Sequence record: MK308675.1
Strand: one strand, 5' to 3'
Length of the DNA stretch: 64,000 nt
Position 1 is the first letter of the stretch, and the number at the start of each line of letters is the position of its first letter. The notes under the pieces were generated by a model. That model did no database searches, was not told the DNA's origin, and saw only the letters and a program-made list of their open reading frames with translations. A program made the translations under genes and the position numbers. Below, one piece after another: positions 8,365 to 18,147 of this stretch.

Positions 8365-9735
8365 ATGCAACATGACCTCATTAGTCGAAAGGACATTCAC
8401 CTTTACCTCTCCAACATTCCTAAGCTAGACTGGAACGCATTTAAGAATGGTTTCCGAGCAGCAGGTCGTTGGATTTGTAAGAACTGGCCACTGGTTATCG
8501 GTGCCCTTACGTTTGGTTTCAATCCAACCGCTAAAGGCTTCGCTCTATTCTTGGCTGGCTTTATCCTATCTGAAGTGACTTCGGGTGAGATTGCAGTGTC
8601 TTACATCAAAGGTTGGTTGACCAGTCCTTCCGAATTTATTCGCAATAGCATCAGTTACTTAGCCGAAGCTATCCTAGGTCCTCTAGAAGAAGAGCGCATT
8701 ATCTCGGACGCCTTTAAGATTAACAACCTCGTTACTGCGGTTGCTGAAGAAGGTAAGATTCTTCATTCCGATACGACTAAGGTTTGGAATAACCACAATC
8801 GTGGCCGCGTCGAGTCTATGGGCCCTGGCCGAGTTAAGTTCGAATTAGGCGGACGCATCTTCCATGGTGTAATCATGACTGAGCGCATGGAGTCCTCTTC
8901 TGTTCGTCACTGGGAGATGAAGGTTTGGACATGTAAAGATGAACCAAAACCGTTTGAAGAACTCCAACGCGCCGCTGACGATATTGAGCCGGATGATAAA
9001 GACTTCGTGCCAATGGGTTCTTACGGTAATGAAGAGATTGCTTTCGGAGCTTCTCAGAAGGTACCTAATCTGGATGACCTCATCCTGTCGGACGAAACTC
9101 GTGAAACTATCGTTGGTACTCTAAAGTCTTTCGAAGCCCGAGCTGAGTTCTGTGACAAGAATAAGCTAGCACACAAACTAGTTATTCTGGCACACGGCGA
9201 ACCTGGCAACGGTAAGTCCGCTTTAGCAGCAGCCATCGCCGCTCAAACAGGACGAGCACTTGTTACAATCGACCCATCGAAGTTGACTAACAAGACCAAG
9301 TTCGACCTGCTTTATGAGAGTGCACCAGATAATGTCTACCTAATCGAAGACATTCATCGAAGCGAGACCTTCTCCGATAAAGAAGCGGTCCAAGGCAAAT
9401 TAAGCCTTTCTACTATCTTGAATGTCTTTAATGGTGCGGTGCCTCTACATGACGCCATCATCGTTATGACCACTAACGAGAAAGATAAGCTAGGTAAGGA
9501 CTTAGTCCGCACAGGCCGCATTGACTTCGACCTCGAGTTACCTCGTTTAGAGCCAGAGCTCATTAACGAGAACATCGAGAAAGTCACTGGTTTCAAAGCT
9601 AATCTCGACCGCCCTATTCGTGGTGCTGACTACTACGCTATCCTTTCGGAAGGCTGCATTAGTCAAGAGCGCATGGACATGGTAGTGGAACGCGTTATCA
9701 AAGAACTGCCAGACCTGAAAGACGCTAAGCTATAA
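8365..9735 (+). CDS. BCS1-like AAA+ ATPase
   Basis: N-terminal TM segments, Walker A GEPGNGKS, Walker B YLIED, LSLSTILNVFNG, IVMTTN, SRH LVRTGRID. Confidence 0.8.
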   Translation: MQHDLISRKDIHLYLSNIPKLDWNAFKNGFRAAGRWICKNWPLVIGALTFGFNPTAKGFALFLAGFILSEVTSGEIAVSYIKGWLTSPSEFIRNSISYLAEAILGPLEEERIISDAFKINNLVTAVAEEGKILHSDTTKVWNNHNRGRVESMGPGRVKFELGGRIFHGVIMTERMESSSVRHWEMKVWTCKDEPKPFEELQRAADDIEPDDKDFVPMGSYGNEEIAFGASQKVPNLDDLILSDETRETIVGTLKSFEARAEFCDKNKLAHKLVILAHGEPGNGKSALAAAIAAQTGRALVTIDPSKLTNKTKFDLLYESAPDNVYLIEDIHRSETFSDKEAVQGKLSLSTILNVFNGAVPLHDAIIVMTTNEKDKLGKDLVRTGRIDFDLELPRLEPELINENIEKVTGFKANLDRPIRGADYYAILSEGCISQERMDMVVERVIKELPDLKDAKL

Positions 9736-9741
9736 TAAGTC

Positions 9742-9777
9742 GCTCTCTATCTTCGGATAGAGAGCTTTGTCTTTTTT
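9742..9777 (+). terminator. Intrinsic terminator
   Basis: GCTCTCTATC-TTCG-GATAGAGAGC followed by a T-tract. Confidence 0.85.
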
Positions 9778-9814
9778 AACCTATCTGGAACATCTCATAG
9801 TTAAGGAGGCTTCT

Positions 9815-10027
9815 ATGGAAGTTAATTTATTTAAAGGCCAAGGTACCGCTACCGAGATAGAAGTGCCCGTTTACGATGTGACTAAGTGCTATATGCACGG
9901 AAGCGTTATTTCATTCGGTACAGGGCTCTTCCGTCGCCATGACCCATTGAACCAACATATTTACAGACCCGATGGGGCTTTCAATGAAGCACGTTGGATT
10001 AAGATAGGAGAGAAAAGAAATGCCTGA
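9815..10027 (+). CDS. Small hypothetical protein
   Basis: Start re-called at MEVNLF after SD AAGGAGG. Confidence 0.7.
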   Translation: MEVNLFKGQGTATEIEVPVYDVTKCYMHGSVISFGTGLFRRHDPLNQHIYRPDGAFNEARWIKIGEKRNA

Positions 10028-10649
10028 TGGAATCCCGGCAGATAGTTTCATTGTTACTCGTGCAATGCAGGAATACGTAACTGCCCTTGCAGCGATGCAA
10101 AGAACAGTAAACTTAGTAGTGCCTTCAGCAAACAATGCGAGTATTACTGTCGCAGCACATAAGCTTCTAGCTGAACCTGGCTTAGACGGTTTCAGTATTG
10201 CCGTTAAAGACATGCAGGATATGATTGTCGGCCCTGACATGTTCTATCGCGCAATCCCAATAAAGGACCGTATGGCTTTTCCTAACAGCATCTTGGAGTT
10301 CAAAGACCGAGACGCTGAGAACGTACGCCAGATTTTCCGTAATGTCTTTACTGGTTACATCCGTTATGCTATCGAGACAACGGAGCTTTGTAATCACTTC
10401 GACATGAACTGTTATACCAAGGAGATTACTCCTCATCGTGACTACGAAATCGAAGTACTGGTTAGCGGTAGCACGTATGGCGTTCGTCTTCTTGACGATA
10501 AGTTCCTGGCTTTGGAAATCCCTTCTGGGCTATCAGCCTCTGTTGTAAACGCTTTAGTTTGCGGCGTAGAGTCCTCGATTGATATAAACCTGGCGAACAT
10601 TCAAGGTGCTCCTCTCGAGTGGGAATTCTTGAAAGAGTCAAAAGAGTAA
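10020..10649 (+). CDS. Hypothetical protein
   Basis: 209-aa ORF coupled to the previous gene. Confidence 0.75.
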   Translation: MPDGIPADSFIVTRAMQEYVTALAAMQRTVNLVVPSANNASITVAAHKLLAEPGLDGFSIAVKDMQDMIVGPDMFYRAIPIKDRMAFPNSILEFKDRDAENVRQIFRNVFTGYIRYAIETTELCNHFDMNCYTKEITPHRDYEIEVLVSGSTYGVRLLDDKFLALEIPSGLSASVVNALVCGVESSIDINLANIQGAPLEWEFLKESKE

Positions 10650-10661
10650 AGGTAACGTCCC

Positions 10662-11126
10662 ATGAACTACATGCAATATCATCCGATAGACGTGGTGAAC
10701 GGTGACGGTACTCGCTGTACTCTCTTTGTAAGTGGCTGCGCACATATGTGCAAGGGCTGCTACAATGAAGGTACTTGGAAGACTAATGCCGGTCATCCTT
10801 TCACTCAGGAACTAGAAGACCAAATCATTAAAGACCTTAATGACGAGCGTATCAAGCGCAGAGGCTTATCTCTAAGCGGCGGTGACCCACTGCACCCTAA
10901 GAACGTTTCGACCGTTCTGAAGCTAGTACAGCGCGTTAGAGCAGAGTGTCCTGGTAAAGACATTTGGGCTTGGACGGGTTATACGCTAGGTGAACTTTCC
11001 GAAGAACAGAAAGAAGTAGTAGACTTATTGGATGTCCTCATCGATGGGAAGTTTGAAGAAGATAAGAAAGACCTCATGTTGAAGTGGCGAGGTTCTTCTA
11101 ACCAAATCATTCACGTCTTTAAATAA
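10662..11126 (+). CDS. nrdG: Anaerobic ribonucleotide reductase activating protein (radical SAM)
   Basis: DVVNG.GTRCTLFVSGCAHMCKGCYN (CxxxCxxC), GLSLSGGDPL, DIWAWTGY, WRGSSNQ. Confidence 0.95.
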   Translation: MNYMQYHPIDVVNGDGTRCTLFVSGCAHMCKGCYNEGTWKTNAGHPFTQELEDQIIKDLNDERIKRRGLSLSGGDPLHPKNVSTVLKLVQRVRAECPGKDIWAWTGYTLGELSEEQKEVVDLLDVLIDGKFEEDKKDLMLKWRGSSNQIIHVFK

Positions 11127-11144
11127 ATAGACGGAGTTAATACC

Positions 11145-11393
11145 ATGAAGACGAAAATCGTCCAGGCTGACAGCACAGGGCCCATGGAAGAAGTCTTCCA
11201 GCCAACCGCAGCTTATGGTCCAGGTGACCTTGTCTATAAAGACGGCCAGTATTACCGCGTTGTAGAACCTTACCTGAAAAAGATTGCAGGTGAACGTAAG
11301 CGAGACCGACTTACTAAACCTAAAAGACGAGTAGCCAAGATAAAAGCTTCTCGCAAAGCTAAGCGTCAATCCCGACGCAACAACAGACGTTGA
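11145..11393 (+). CDS. Small basic protein with Arg/Lys-rich C-terminal tail
   Basis: 82 aa; SD GGAG. Confidence 0.65.
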   Translation: MKTKIVQADSTGPMEEVFQPTAAYGPGDLVYKDGQYYRVVEPYLKKIAGERKRDRLTKPKRRVAKIKASRKAKRQSRRNNRR

Positions 11394-11468
11394 ACGTAGT
11401 CAGTGATTACGGCGTCTACTTAAACTAGTGGGCTCACGAAGGGCCCAACATTTACCGGAGTAAATAAA

Positions 11469-12281
11469 ATGAAACTACATGAACTATTACCGAACGCTAT
11501 TGAACTTCGCCCTACATGGTGGACGTTTGAAACTTTACGCAGCTTACCTCAAGAAGGCTACGAAGTCTTTGTTGTTGTTCCTGACTTGGAAGAACCTGAG
11601 AATGCCTTGGCGTTAAAGTTCTCGTCTGACGGAATAGGCGCTGACTTCCATTTCGGTACCATGTCGTCAGACACTCGCATGTCCATTTATCTCAATGACG
11701 AACAGAGAGAACAAATGGCGACTTATGATACTAACCCTAACTTGCTCATTGCAGGTAACACGTTAGTCATCTCTAAGTACCAAATTTACATTAGCTTCCG
11801 TGGCCTCACCGGCGAGATGCTCAAAGAGAAGTTCCTTAAATCTGCCGACCATGCCTTGCGTTGGCGCCTAGCTCACGTATCGGACCTCAACCTGAAACCA
11901 AACGTTATCACGGATAAAGCAAAGCTTATCACGGAGATGATTCTTGCTTGTGACAACATAAAGGTTGAAGGCGGCGTCAGCAAGGTTATGGACAATATCT
12001 ACCCGCAAGTCAATAGCGCGTGGTGGGAAGAGTTCCGTGGAATTAAGCTTAAGTGGGCGGTTGACTCAAACAGCCAGGTGATGTTGGCCTACGAGAAACA
12101 CGGCGAACTATTCTACGTGGCGGATTCCGGCGCAGTAGGCAAGTTCCATGGTAATAACCCTACTACTCGTGAACTCTCTTATAGAACGCTAATGGGTAGC
12201 CCTGAGTTTAGTGTTAAGACGGTAATTGCTAGCACTTTAGAAACTCCGGCGTTTACAGTAGACGTAATCGAAATCGACTAA
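11469..12281 (+). CDS. Hypothetical protein
   Basis: 270-aa ORF with SD GGAG. Confidence 0.75.
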   Translation: MKLHELLPNAIELRPTWWTFETLRSLPQEGYEVFVVVPDLEEPENALALKFSSDGIGADFHFGTMSSDTRMSIYLNDEQREQMATYDTNPNLLIAGNTLVISKYQIYISFRGLTGEMLKEKFLKSADHALRWRLAHVSDLNLKPNVITDKAKLITEMILACDNIKVEGGVSKVMDNIYPQVNSAWWEEFRGIKLKWAVDSNSQVMLAYEKHGELFYVADSGAVGKFHGNNPTTRELSYRTLMGSPEFSVKTVIASTLETPAFTVDVIEID

Positions 12282-12294
12282 AAAAATAAGATAG

Positions 12295-12320
12295 CTCCTC
12301 CTAGCCTAAGCTAGGAGGAG
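12295..12320. terminator. Bidirectional terminator
   Basis: Perfect 11-bp stem between convergent genes. Confidence 0.8.
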
Positions 12321-12329
12321 TATTATCTA

Positions 12330-13154
12330 TTAGTTATTTCTCTTTAGCCAGTTACCATATGCGGTACCAGCTCCCTGAACTTCAGAACGATTATAGAAGA
12401 ATAGATTATCGTAAGTAGGCTCCCAGCAAACCGGAGACGTGCCGTGTTCTGCACAGTACGCGGGTAGTTTATCAAGATAGCCGGCTAGCTTTTTAGCTTT
12501 CTCCTGACTAGATGCTTGACGCTGAGCAGCTTGATGTATCGCGTTGTCTCTTTCAAGTTTAGCAAAGCGACAATCTTCTTCAAAGGCACTGCTCCCGCCT
12601 AGGTCGACGCAGTACTTCTGAACTTTCTTTTCAAACCACGGAGCGATTTCATTCGAGCTCGCTTCTTTTTGCTCATACCTTAAATCCATTCCTAAGAAAT
12701 GGAAAGGATTAATACTGAAAGACTCACGCTCGTACTGAGCAATGCCGTAGTAGTCATGCGCTTCCATGTAGTTAGAGTAACACTGTTCTAGCTCGTAGCG
12801 AAGTCTAGAGCGGTCTCTAAGCAGCTGGTTCGAGATAGGTAGAAGTTCAGCCCTTGCTTGTTTGTGCGATGCTTGAATGTCGAGCTTTGTAGCATCCGGA
12901 TGCTCGCTCAACATGGCCGAATATAAAGCATTAGTGTAGTACTTGTATTCTTTCAAACCGATAAACGAGATGCCTTGAACCAGTGTGCTACATTTATTAA
13001 CATAGACCAGTTCTTCAATTGGGTCGCCTACAACAACGTCTCTGTAGCTGCCGTCGGTGTAGGTGATACGCTCAACGTGTTCGGCTTGAACCGCACTAGC
13101 GAAGTTAAGAGATACTAAGGCCGCTGCCATTACTAGGGTCTTATTGTTTAACAT
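12330..13154 (-). CDS. Putative secreted/periplasmic protein
   Basis: Sec-type signal MLNNKTLVMAAALVSLNFASAVQA-E; several Cys. Confidence 0.65.
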   Translation of the reverse strand: MLNNKTLVMAAALVSLNFASAVQAEHVERITYTDGSYRDVVVGDPIEELVYVNKCSTLVQGISFIGLKEYKYYTNALYSAMLSEHPDATKLDIQASHKQARAELLPISNQLLRDRSRLRYELEQCYSNYMEAHDYYGIAQYERESFSINPFHFLGMDLRYEQKEASSNEIAPWFEKKVQKYCVDLGGSSAFEEDCRFAKLERDNAIHQAAQRQASSQEKAKKLAGYLDKLPAYCAEHGTSPVCWEPTYDNLFFYNRSEVQGAGTAYGNWLKRNN

Positions 13155-13231
13155 GATAATGTCCTTTTTATTTTGGAATGTAAAGTAATAAGAGATAACT
13201 CTCTCCCGAAAGAACAGGAGAGAGCGGGAGT

Positions 13232-13594
13232 TTAGTTAATAGAGATGCCTAACAGTGCCTCTAGTTGACGGCGTATAATCAGGCGGGTTGAACTTACTTC
13301 GATGCTATAGCCTAAGTAGTCACCTAAGATATTCCAGCCTGTTTCATCATGGAAAAGGGTATAGGCCGGAATGTCAGTAGTGCGATTAGGGAGCATCCCT
13401 GCGTTTTCTACGAAGACACAAATTTTGGTTTCTGTTTCTGCCGCTAAATATAACCGCTTGCTTAGCTTCTGGCTTGTAGCATAGACGTTGTAAACTTTTA
13501 CTTCTTCTATTAGCCATTCCCATTGCTCGACCATGCGAGGAGTAGGAGTGGCGTAATCTTTAGCTTGTTCAATGGTTTTAATTAAGTACGGCAT
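13232..13594 (-). CDS. Hypothetical protein
   Basis: 120 aa; SD AGGAGG. Confidence 0.75.
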   Translation of the reverse strand: MPYLIKTIEQAKDYATPTPRMVEQWEWLIEEVKVYNVYATSQKLSKRLYLAAETETKICVFVENAGMLPNRTTDIPAYTLFHDETGWNILGDYLGYSIEVSSTRLIIRRQLEALLGISIN

Positions 13595-13603
13595 AACAGC
13601 CTC

Positions 13604-14686
13604 CTATTTGTTTATGTCAAATAAATCATTAGATTCCTTGTCAGACATGATGTAGAAAACGTCCAGGACTTTACCGCAGTCCGTGAAGACTTGTTTAATG
13701 AAGCCGTCGCAACTAGTACGAACGGAGTTAAGTGGGTAGCCGACGCCGTCCTTATCGAAGACGATTAACTTCTTGACATTGGCAGCTGAGAAGTAGTTCT
13801 TCTTGTTTAACTCACGGAACTGAGACTCCAAAGATTCGAACTTCTCTCTTTCCTCATCCAGATAAGCATTTAGGTGCTTCTCGTTCAGTGGACGGAAATG
13901 GTACGGAATCCCAGGGCGAGAACAAACCGTGTGCCATTTTCTATCGTCTGCTTCCCAGTCGAAATTGTCAACGGTGCGGTATTTTCCGTCTTCGATTACT
14001 TTGAGGACACGATTGAGTTTAACCCAACTCGGGTCTTTACTGCCATAGGTCATGTAGCCTTCTAGCTGTGTCTCTCCATCCAGACGAATTACAGTCTTAG
14101 GGTCTTCACAGACCTTCGCTACTGTATCGCCCGGTTTCCAGTCATGGAGTCGCATGAGGGTCTCTCGTTTACTCCAGTCTATCACGAAAGCCTTAACGAG
14201 AGAAGGAGCTAGCTCGCGAATTTCATCTTCGGAGATAGATAGCCAGTCCTTACCGATATGCGGACAAGATGTAGGTAGAACCGTCTTGCTCCAGATGTTA
14301 CGAGGAATTCCATTGTCGGGAGACAAGTCAGGTATCCACGATTCAGGTAACCAGAACGGAGAGCCTGAATGAGAGTAAACCGCAGACAAACCATGTTTGC
14401 CATGTATGACAATCGGGATGCCCCGGTCGCCATGACAAAGGATTTCGCGATGCAGTACCATAGCTAAGAAAGCGCCAGTCTTGGTATAGCGCTCTACGAG
14501 ATAGTCACTACTTAGAGAAACTAAAGTTGCTTCGTAAAGGTCTTCTTCATCGAAGTGCTTTGTGAGCGCCTTAACTTCTTCTGGGCGAATCTTCGAACGC
14601 GCTTCTATCTCGTTCTCCGCTTTCTTAAGGCGACGGGACATTCTCCATGCGTGGAACATACCTAGTAGGGATTCATCTTTAAACAT
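13604..14686 (-). CDS. Hypothetical protein
   Basis: 360-aa ORF. Confidence 0.75.
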   Translation of the reverse strand: MFKDESLLGMFHAWRMSRRLKKAENEIEARSKIRPEEVKALTKHFDEEDLYEATLVSLSSDYLVERYTKTGAFLAMVLHREILCHGDRGIPIVIHGKHGLSAVYSHSGSPFWLPESWIPDLSPDNGIPRNIWSKTVLPTSCPHIGKDWLSISEDEIRELAPSLVKAFVIDWSKRETLMRLHDWKPGDTVAKVCEDPKTVIRLDGETQLEGYMTYGSKDPSWVKLNRVLKVIEDGKYRTVDNFDWEADDRKWHTVCSRPGIPYHFRPLNEKHLNAYLDEEREKFESLESQFRELNKKNYFSAANVKKLIVFDKDGVGYPLNSVRTSCDGFIKQVFTDCGKVLDVFYIMSDKESNDLFDINK

Positions 14687-14693
14687 TTTCTAC

Positions 14694-15056
14694 TCACTTA
14701 GTTAGGGATTCTAAACTGCTAAAGTCACGATTGCGTTCTCTAACGCCACCAATGCCTTTACCGTGTTTCTGAAGGATACGTGCGAAGTTTCGAGCGGCAT
14801 GTGTCTCAGCTTGCTCCTCTTGGCATTTCTGGCAAGGGTAACTACTCTTCTGAACAAAGGCTCTAGCTGTCGCTGTGAATTCACCATGATGCATACAGAC
14901 CGCTTTAACCATAGCGTTCGCATTTACCTTTTGGTCGGCCGGAATGAAGTAACGTTTAAGGTGTTCCTTCTCCGTTCTCATCCGTAGGGTTTTTAAGTCC
15001 CAAGGATAAACCTTGGGACGACCTTTCTTTCTCTTAGACAGAGATTCTAGGTTCAT
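14694..15056 (-). CDS. AT-hook plus DUF723-like Zn-binding protein
   Basis: KKGRPK; KAVCMHHGEF...YPCQKC. Confidence 0.55.
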   Translation of the reverse strand: MNLESLSKRKKGRPKVYPWDLKTLRMRTEKEHLKRYFIPADQKVNANAMVKAVCMHHGEFTATARAFVQKSSYPCQKCQEEQAETHAARNFARILQKHGKGIGGVRERNRDFSSLESLTK

Positions 15057-15059
15057 GTG

Positions 15060-16010
15060 TTACTCCTTGATTAGAGAAAGACCTTCCATGAAATCTACGA
15101 CTTTGTATGCATGAATGTGGCTGCGGAACTTTTCATTCCAGTTGCTAAAGTCAGCCTCTACGCAAGAACGCTTACGGGAGCTAATGCTAAAGCCTTGTTC
15201 GCCATTACCCGAAACGAATGGCGCATAGTGGAACTCCGTTACAGTAGGTCCGTTACATTGGTTTACTCCACCGGAGAGTACCCATGCTACCTCGCCACCG
15301 CCAAAGTAAGTAGTTTCCGCGTACCAGTTCTTTCCGAACTTCTTACGCGCGTTACCCGGAACATTAACGTAATGACGTACAACTACGGCATCGTCCAGCA
15401 ACATGTTGGTCTGTACCACTTCTAAGTCCCAGCCAGGTGTCCCATCTAGAACTTTGACGTAGTCTTCTTTCCATGTCCCTTGTTTAAAGACGTGCTCTGT
15501 TACAGCAACTTTAATGCTGGCAGAATCCAACACAGAAGTACGCTCTACGTCAATGTCGCGGTAGGTAAGCAGAATGTCATCGAAGAACAGAGGAGAACGT
15601 TCCAGTATCTCCTGTTGTTCGTTATCCATGAAAACCTGACAACGGTACTGACCATCTTCATGGAAATCGAAATGTTCCTGAAGTCCATCTTTATCCCAGC
15701 TGTTGCGTATAGAGCTTCTATTCTCTACGTTAATGGTAAAGGCATGGCCGGTAAAAGTCTGGCAAGTCAGGATAGGGTAGTTCATCGAGATGAGCCAGTT
15801 CTTGTCCGACAGAGCAAAGGTAGGCACTACACTGCCGCCTAGGTTAACTACCGACGTCAGTAGTTCCAATAGAGGGCGACCAACTAAGGCACGGCTGTAG
15901 AAATCGTACGTGTTAACAGAAACATTACCAAAGATAGTGACTAACCACAGTTGGTCAATCTTAGTTTCTTTAACATAGTCTAGAGCTTCTTGAGTGAAAT
16001 GAATAGTCAT
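15060..16010 (-). CDS. Hypothetical protein
   Basis: 316-aa ORF. Confidence 0.75.
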   Translation of the reverse strand: MTIHFTQEALDYVKETKIDQLWLVTIFGNVSVNTYDFYSRALVGRPLLELLTSVVNLGGSVVPTFALSDKNWLISMNYPILTCQTFTGHAFTINVENRSSIRNSWDKDGLQEHFDFHEDGQYRCQVFMDNEQQEILERSPLFFDDILLTYRDIDVERTSVLDSASIKVAVTEHVFKQGTWKEDYVKVLDGTPGWDLEVVQTNMLLDDAVVVRHYVNVPGNARKKFGKNWYAETTYFGGGEVAWVLSGGVNQCNGPTVTEFHYAPFVSGNGEQGFSISSRKRSCVEADFSNWNEKFRSHIHAYKVVDFMEGLSLIKE

Positions 16011-16052
16011 AAGGGGTTTCCTTCTTAAACGAATAAACTAAAGGGGTTTCCT

Positions 16053-16688
16053 TTAGATAGGGAGTGAGCGCATTAATGCGGCTCGGTTAGCTTCTTTGGC
16101 TTCGGACTTAGCATGTGCTGAGCGATTGTCCTTACCGATGTGAGAACCGGTCTTATTGTAGCTGGACTGATAGCGGTGGTTCTTGATGGTGAAACGACGA
16201 CTCTTAAAAACATCAAAGACGGCCTTATTCTTCTCAAGTAAAGAGTAACGTTCAGTCCAGACGACATGGTGTTTTTGAACTTTGCCCATGAGACTAATAA
16301 GGCGATTGAGGTCAACCCATGGAGACCAACGCGCTCGGAGCTGATGCATGCATGGAGGCTTAGTGCCATATGTAAAAGTTTCATCCCAATTAATAACCGG
16401 GCCGTCTTTCTCTATGTCGTCGAATGTACCGCAAACCACGCCGCTATTGTCGACATGTTCGCGGTTTTCAATCCATCGAAACATCCATTTACCTTCTCGA
16501 AACTCACACTGCATATTGTGGTATATGTCCCATACCTGCACGACTGTGCAGTCTTTCAAGAAACGTTCCATCCGAGGATATTGTTGAGCGTTTGTCGCAG
16601 CCTTCTTAGCCTCCGCTTTATGGACGTCGCGTGAGGTAATCGTCTTCCCTGCACACTTATCTTTACTGCGGATAGTTCGTATACGCAT
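16053..16688 (-). CDS. Hypothetical protein
   Basis: 211-aa ORF with SD and downstream hairpin. Confidence 0.7.
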   Translation of the reverse strand: MRIRTIRSKDKCAGKTITSRDVHKAEAKKAATNAQQYPRMERFLKDCTVVQVWDIYHNMQCEFREGKWMFRWIENREHVDNSGVVCGTFDDIEKDGPVINWDETFTYGTKPPCMHQLRARWSPWVDLNRLISLMGKVQKHHVVWTERYSLLEKNKAVFDVFKSRRFTIKNHRYQSSYNKTGSHIGKDNRSAHAKSEAKEANRAALMRSLPI

Positions 16689-16742
16689 AAGGGTTTTCCT
16701 TAAAAGAAAAGACCAGAGGGGTTTCCTCCGGCCTGTTTGGGT

Positions 16743-17354
16743 CTATAGTACGTAAAGGTTAGATAGGTCGGAGTTCGCACGTAGGCAAATGTGCTCTTTC
16801 CCGTCTTCTTTTACGTAGACTACGATATTGCAGAGTTGCTCTTCGGTTACGTTCAGTGCCAAAGATGTTTCAGTACTGTCGTATAGAATAACTCCATGTT
16901 TGGTAGGTACCAAATTGTCATAGGGCGTCTCAATAAAAGGAGTATCCCATAGCTTAGAGAAAGCCATTATGAGCTCATCCTGAAGAGACGCTACGACGTG
17001 GCCAAAACCACGGTCGTGAATGTTGTGCGACATGTAAAGGACAGACTTCCCTTCCTTTACGTGAGCGCGGAACTTAAACTTAAGCGGCCATAGGTTCTTG
17101 TTCTGCAAGAGGTTCTGCATAGCAATTTCCAGATGAGTAGCCACATAAGGCAAGCTCAGTACTTTACGGTCTATTTCAAAAAGGACCGTTGAAGACTCAC
17201 TGACCTTATCCTTAGCCGCATGAATGATTTGCTTCGCCGTTACGTCATGCCTTAAGATGTTACGGGTTGCTTCATCGACGTATGTGAGCTTATCGCTAAG
17301 GTTCACAGTGGACGTCTGACAGTAAGGTTGCTTTTTACTTAGCATTATCTTCAT
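16743..17354 (-). CDS. Hypothetical protein
   Basis: 203-aa ORF. Confidence 0.7.
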   Translation of the reverse strand: MKIMLSKKQPYCQTSTVNLSDKLTYVDEATRNILRHDVTAKQIIHAAKDKVSESSTVLFEIDRKVLSLPYVATHLEIAMQNLLQNKNLWPLKFKFRAHVKEGKSVLYMSHNIHDRGFGHVVASLQDELIMAFSKLWDTPFIETPYDNLVPTKHGVILYDSTETSLALNVTEEQLCNIVVYVKEDGKEHICLRANSDLSNLYVL

Positions 17355-17544
17355 TCTCCATTACGTTAGAGATGCGCGTGAAGCTATCTGCGGTTAGACC
17401 TGCCTGTATCACTACAGAGTAAAGAGAAGGGCGCGGCGACATAACAGGCATGTTGCCTGAGTTCGCCATGTTTTCCCATGTTGCTAGTTCGCCCTTGTAG
17501 AAGTTAAGGGCGGACTGTTCTTTAGTCGTTAATGTTTGTTGCAT
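17335..17544 (-). CDS. Small hypothetical protein
   Basis: 69 aa, coupled to neighbours. Confidence 0.55.
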   Translation of the reverse strand: MQQTLTTKEQSALNFYKGELATWENMANSGNMPVMSPRPSLYSVVIQAGLTADSFTRISNVMENEDNAK

Positions 17545-17842
17545 CTTCCAAGCTCTTCCTTAGATATTGTCCCACCAGGGAATCATTGTCTTTGCGGATT
17601 CTGGCACGTCTTTCCTCTTCCTCTTTTATTTCAGCTTGAGGAAGTTTTACTTTAATGTGCCAGTAATAAACCGGCCACACCAGGAAGGCATCGATAAAAC
17701 CGATTACCCAAAAGATGCCGCCGCCTGTTACATGCGTTAGGCCTGAGAATAAACAGATAAGGCCTAACACAGTATAGATGAAGAGGAAGACCAGCATGTA
17801 CTGGTCTAACAACTCTATCTCTTTTTCTATTCTCTTGGGCAT
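17522..17842 (-). CDS. Membrane protein (2 TM)
   Basis: Two hydrophobic stretches. Confidence 0.7.
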   Translation of the reverse strand: MPKRIEKEIELLDQYMLVFLFIYTVLGLICLFSGLTHVTGGGIFWVIGFIDAFLVWPVYYWHIKVKLPQAEIKEEEERRARIRKDNDSLVGQYLRKSLEDATNIND

Positions 17843-18147
17843 AAACCGATTAGCTCCAAACCGAGTTGCTTACAGATGAAAGCACCGCGTTCCCTAATCT
17901 GCACACAGGCGTAGGAACACTGCATTCTGGCTTCTTCCGGCGTATCCGCTATCTCTTCTAAAGCTAGCTTATGGACATAACTCTCGTACCACACCTTACC
18001 ACGCAAAGCAGCAGTAGTCGTATCGCGTCGGTCAACTTCTTCTTCCCAGAACACGTACGGTACCGCTACTTGCAAATAAGTAAGCACTAGAGAGACCAGA
18101 ATAATTATCCAACCGAGGTCAGGATTATTTAGAAAAGAATCTATCAT
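17827..18147 (-). CDS. Membrane-anchored hypothetical protein
   Basis: Start re-called at MIDSFL; one TM segment. Confidence 0.65.
   Translation of the reverse strand: MIDSFLNNPDLGWIIILVSLVLTYLQVAVPYVFWEEEVDRRDTTTAALRGKVWYESYVHKLALEEIADTPEEARMQCSYACVQIRERGAFICKQLGLELIGLCPRE

Noticed and set aside
10662-11126. Radical SAM protein as the maturase for the micropeptide
   Set aside because: It is a typical short NrdG without SPASM or RRE domains, and lies 52 kb away
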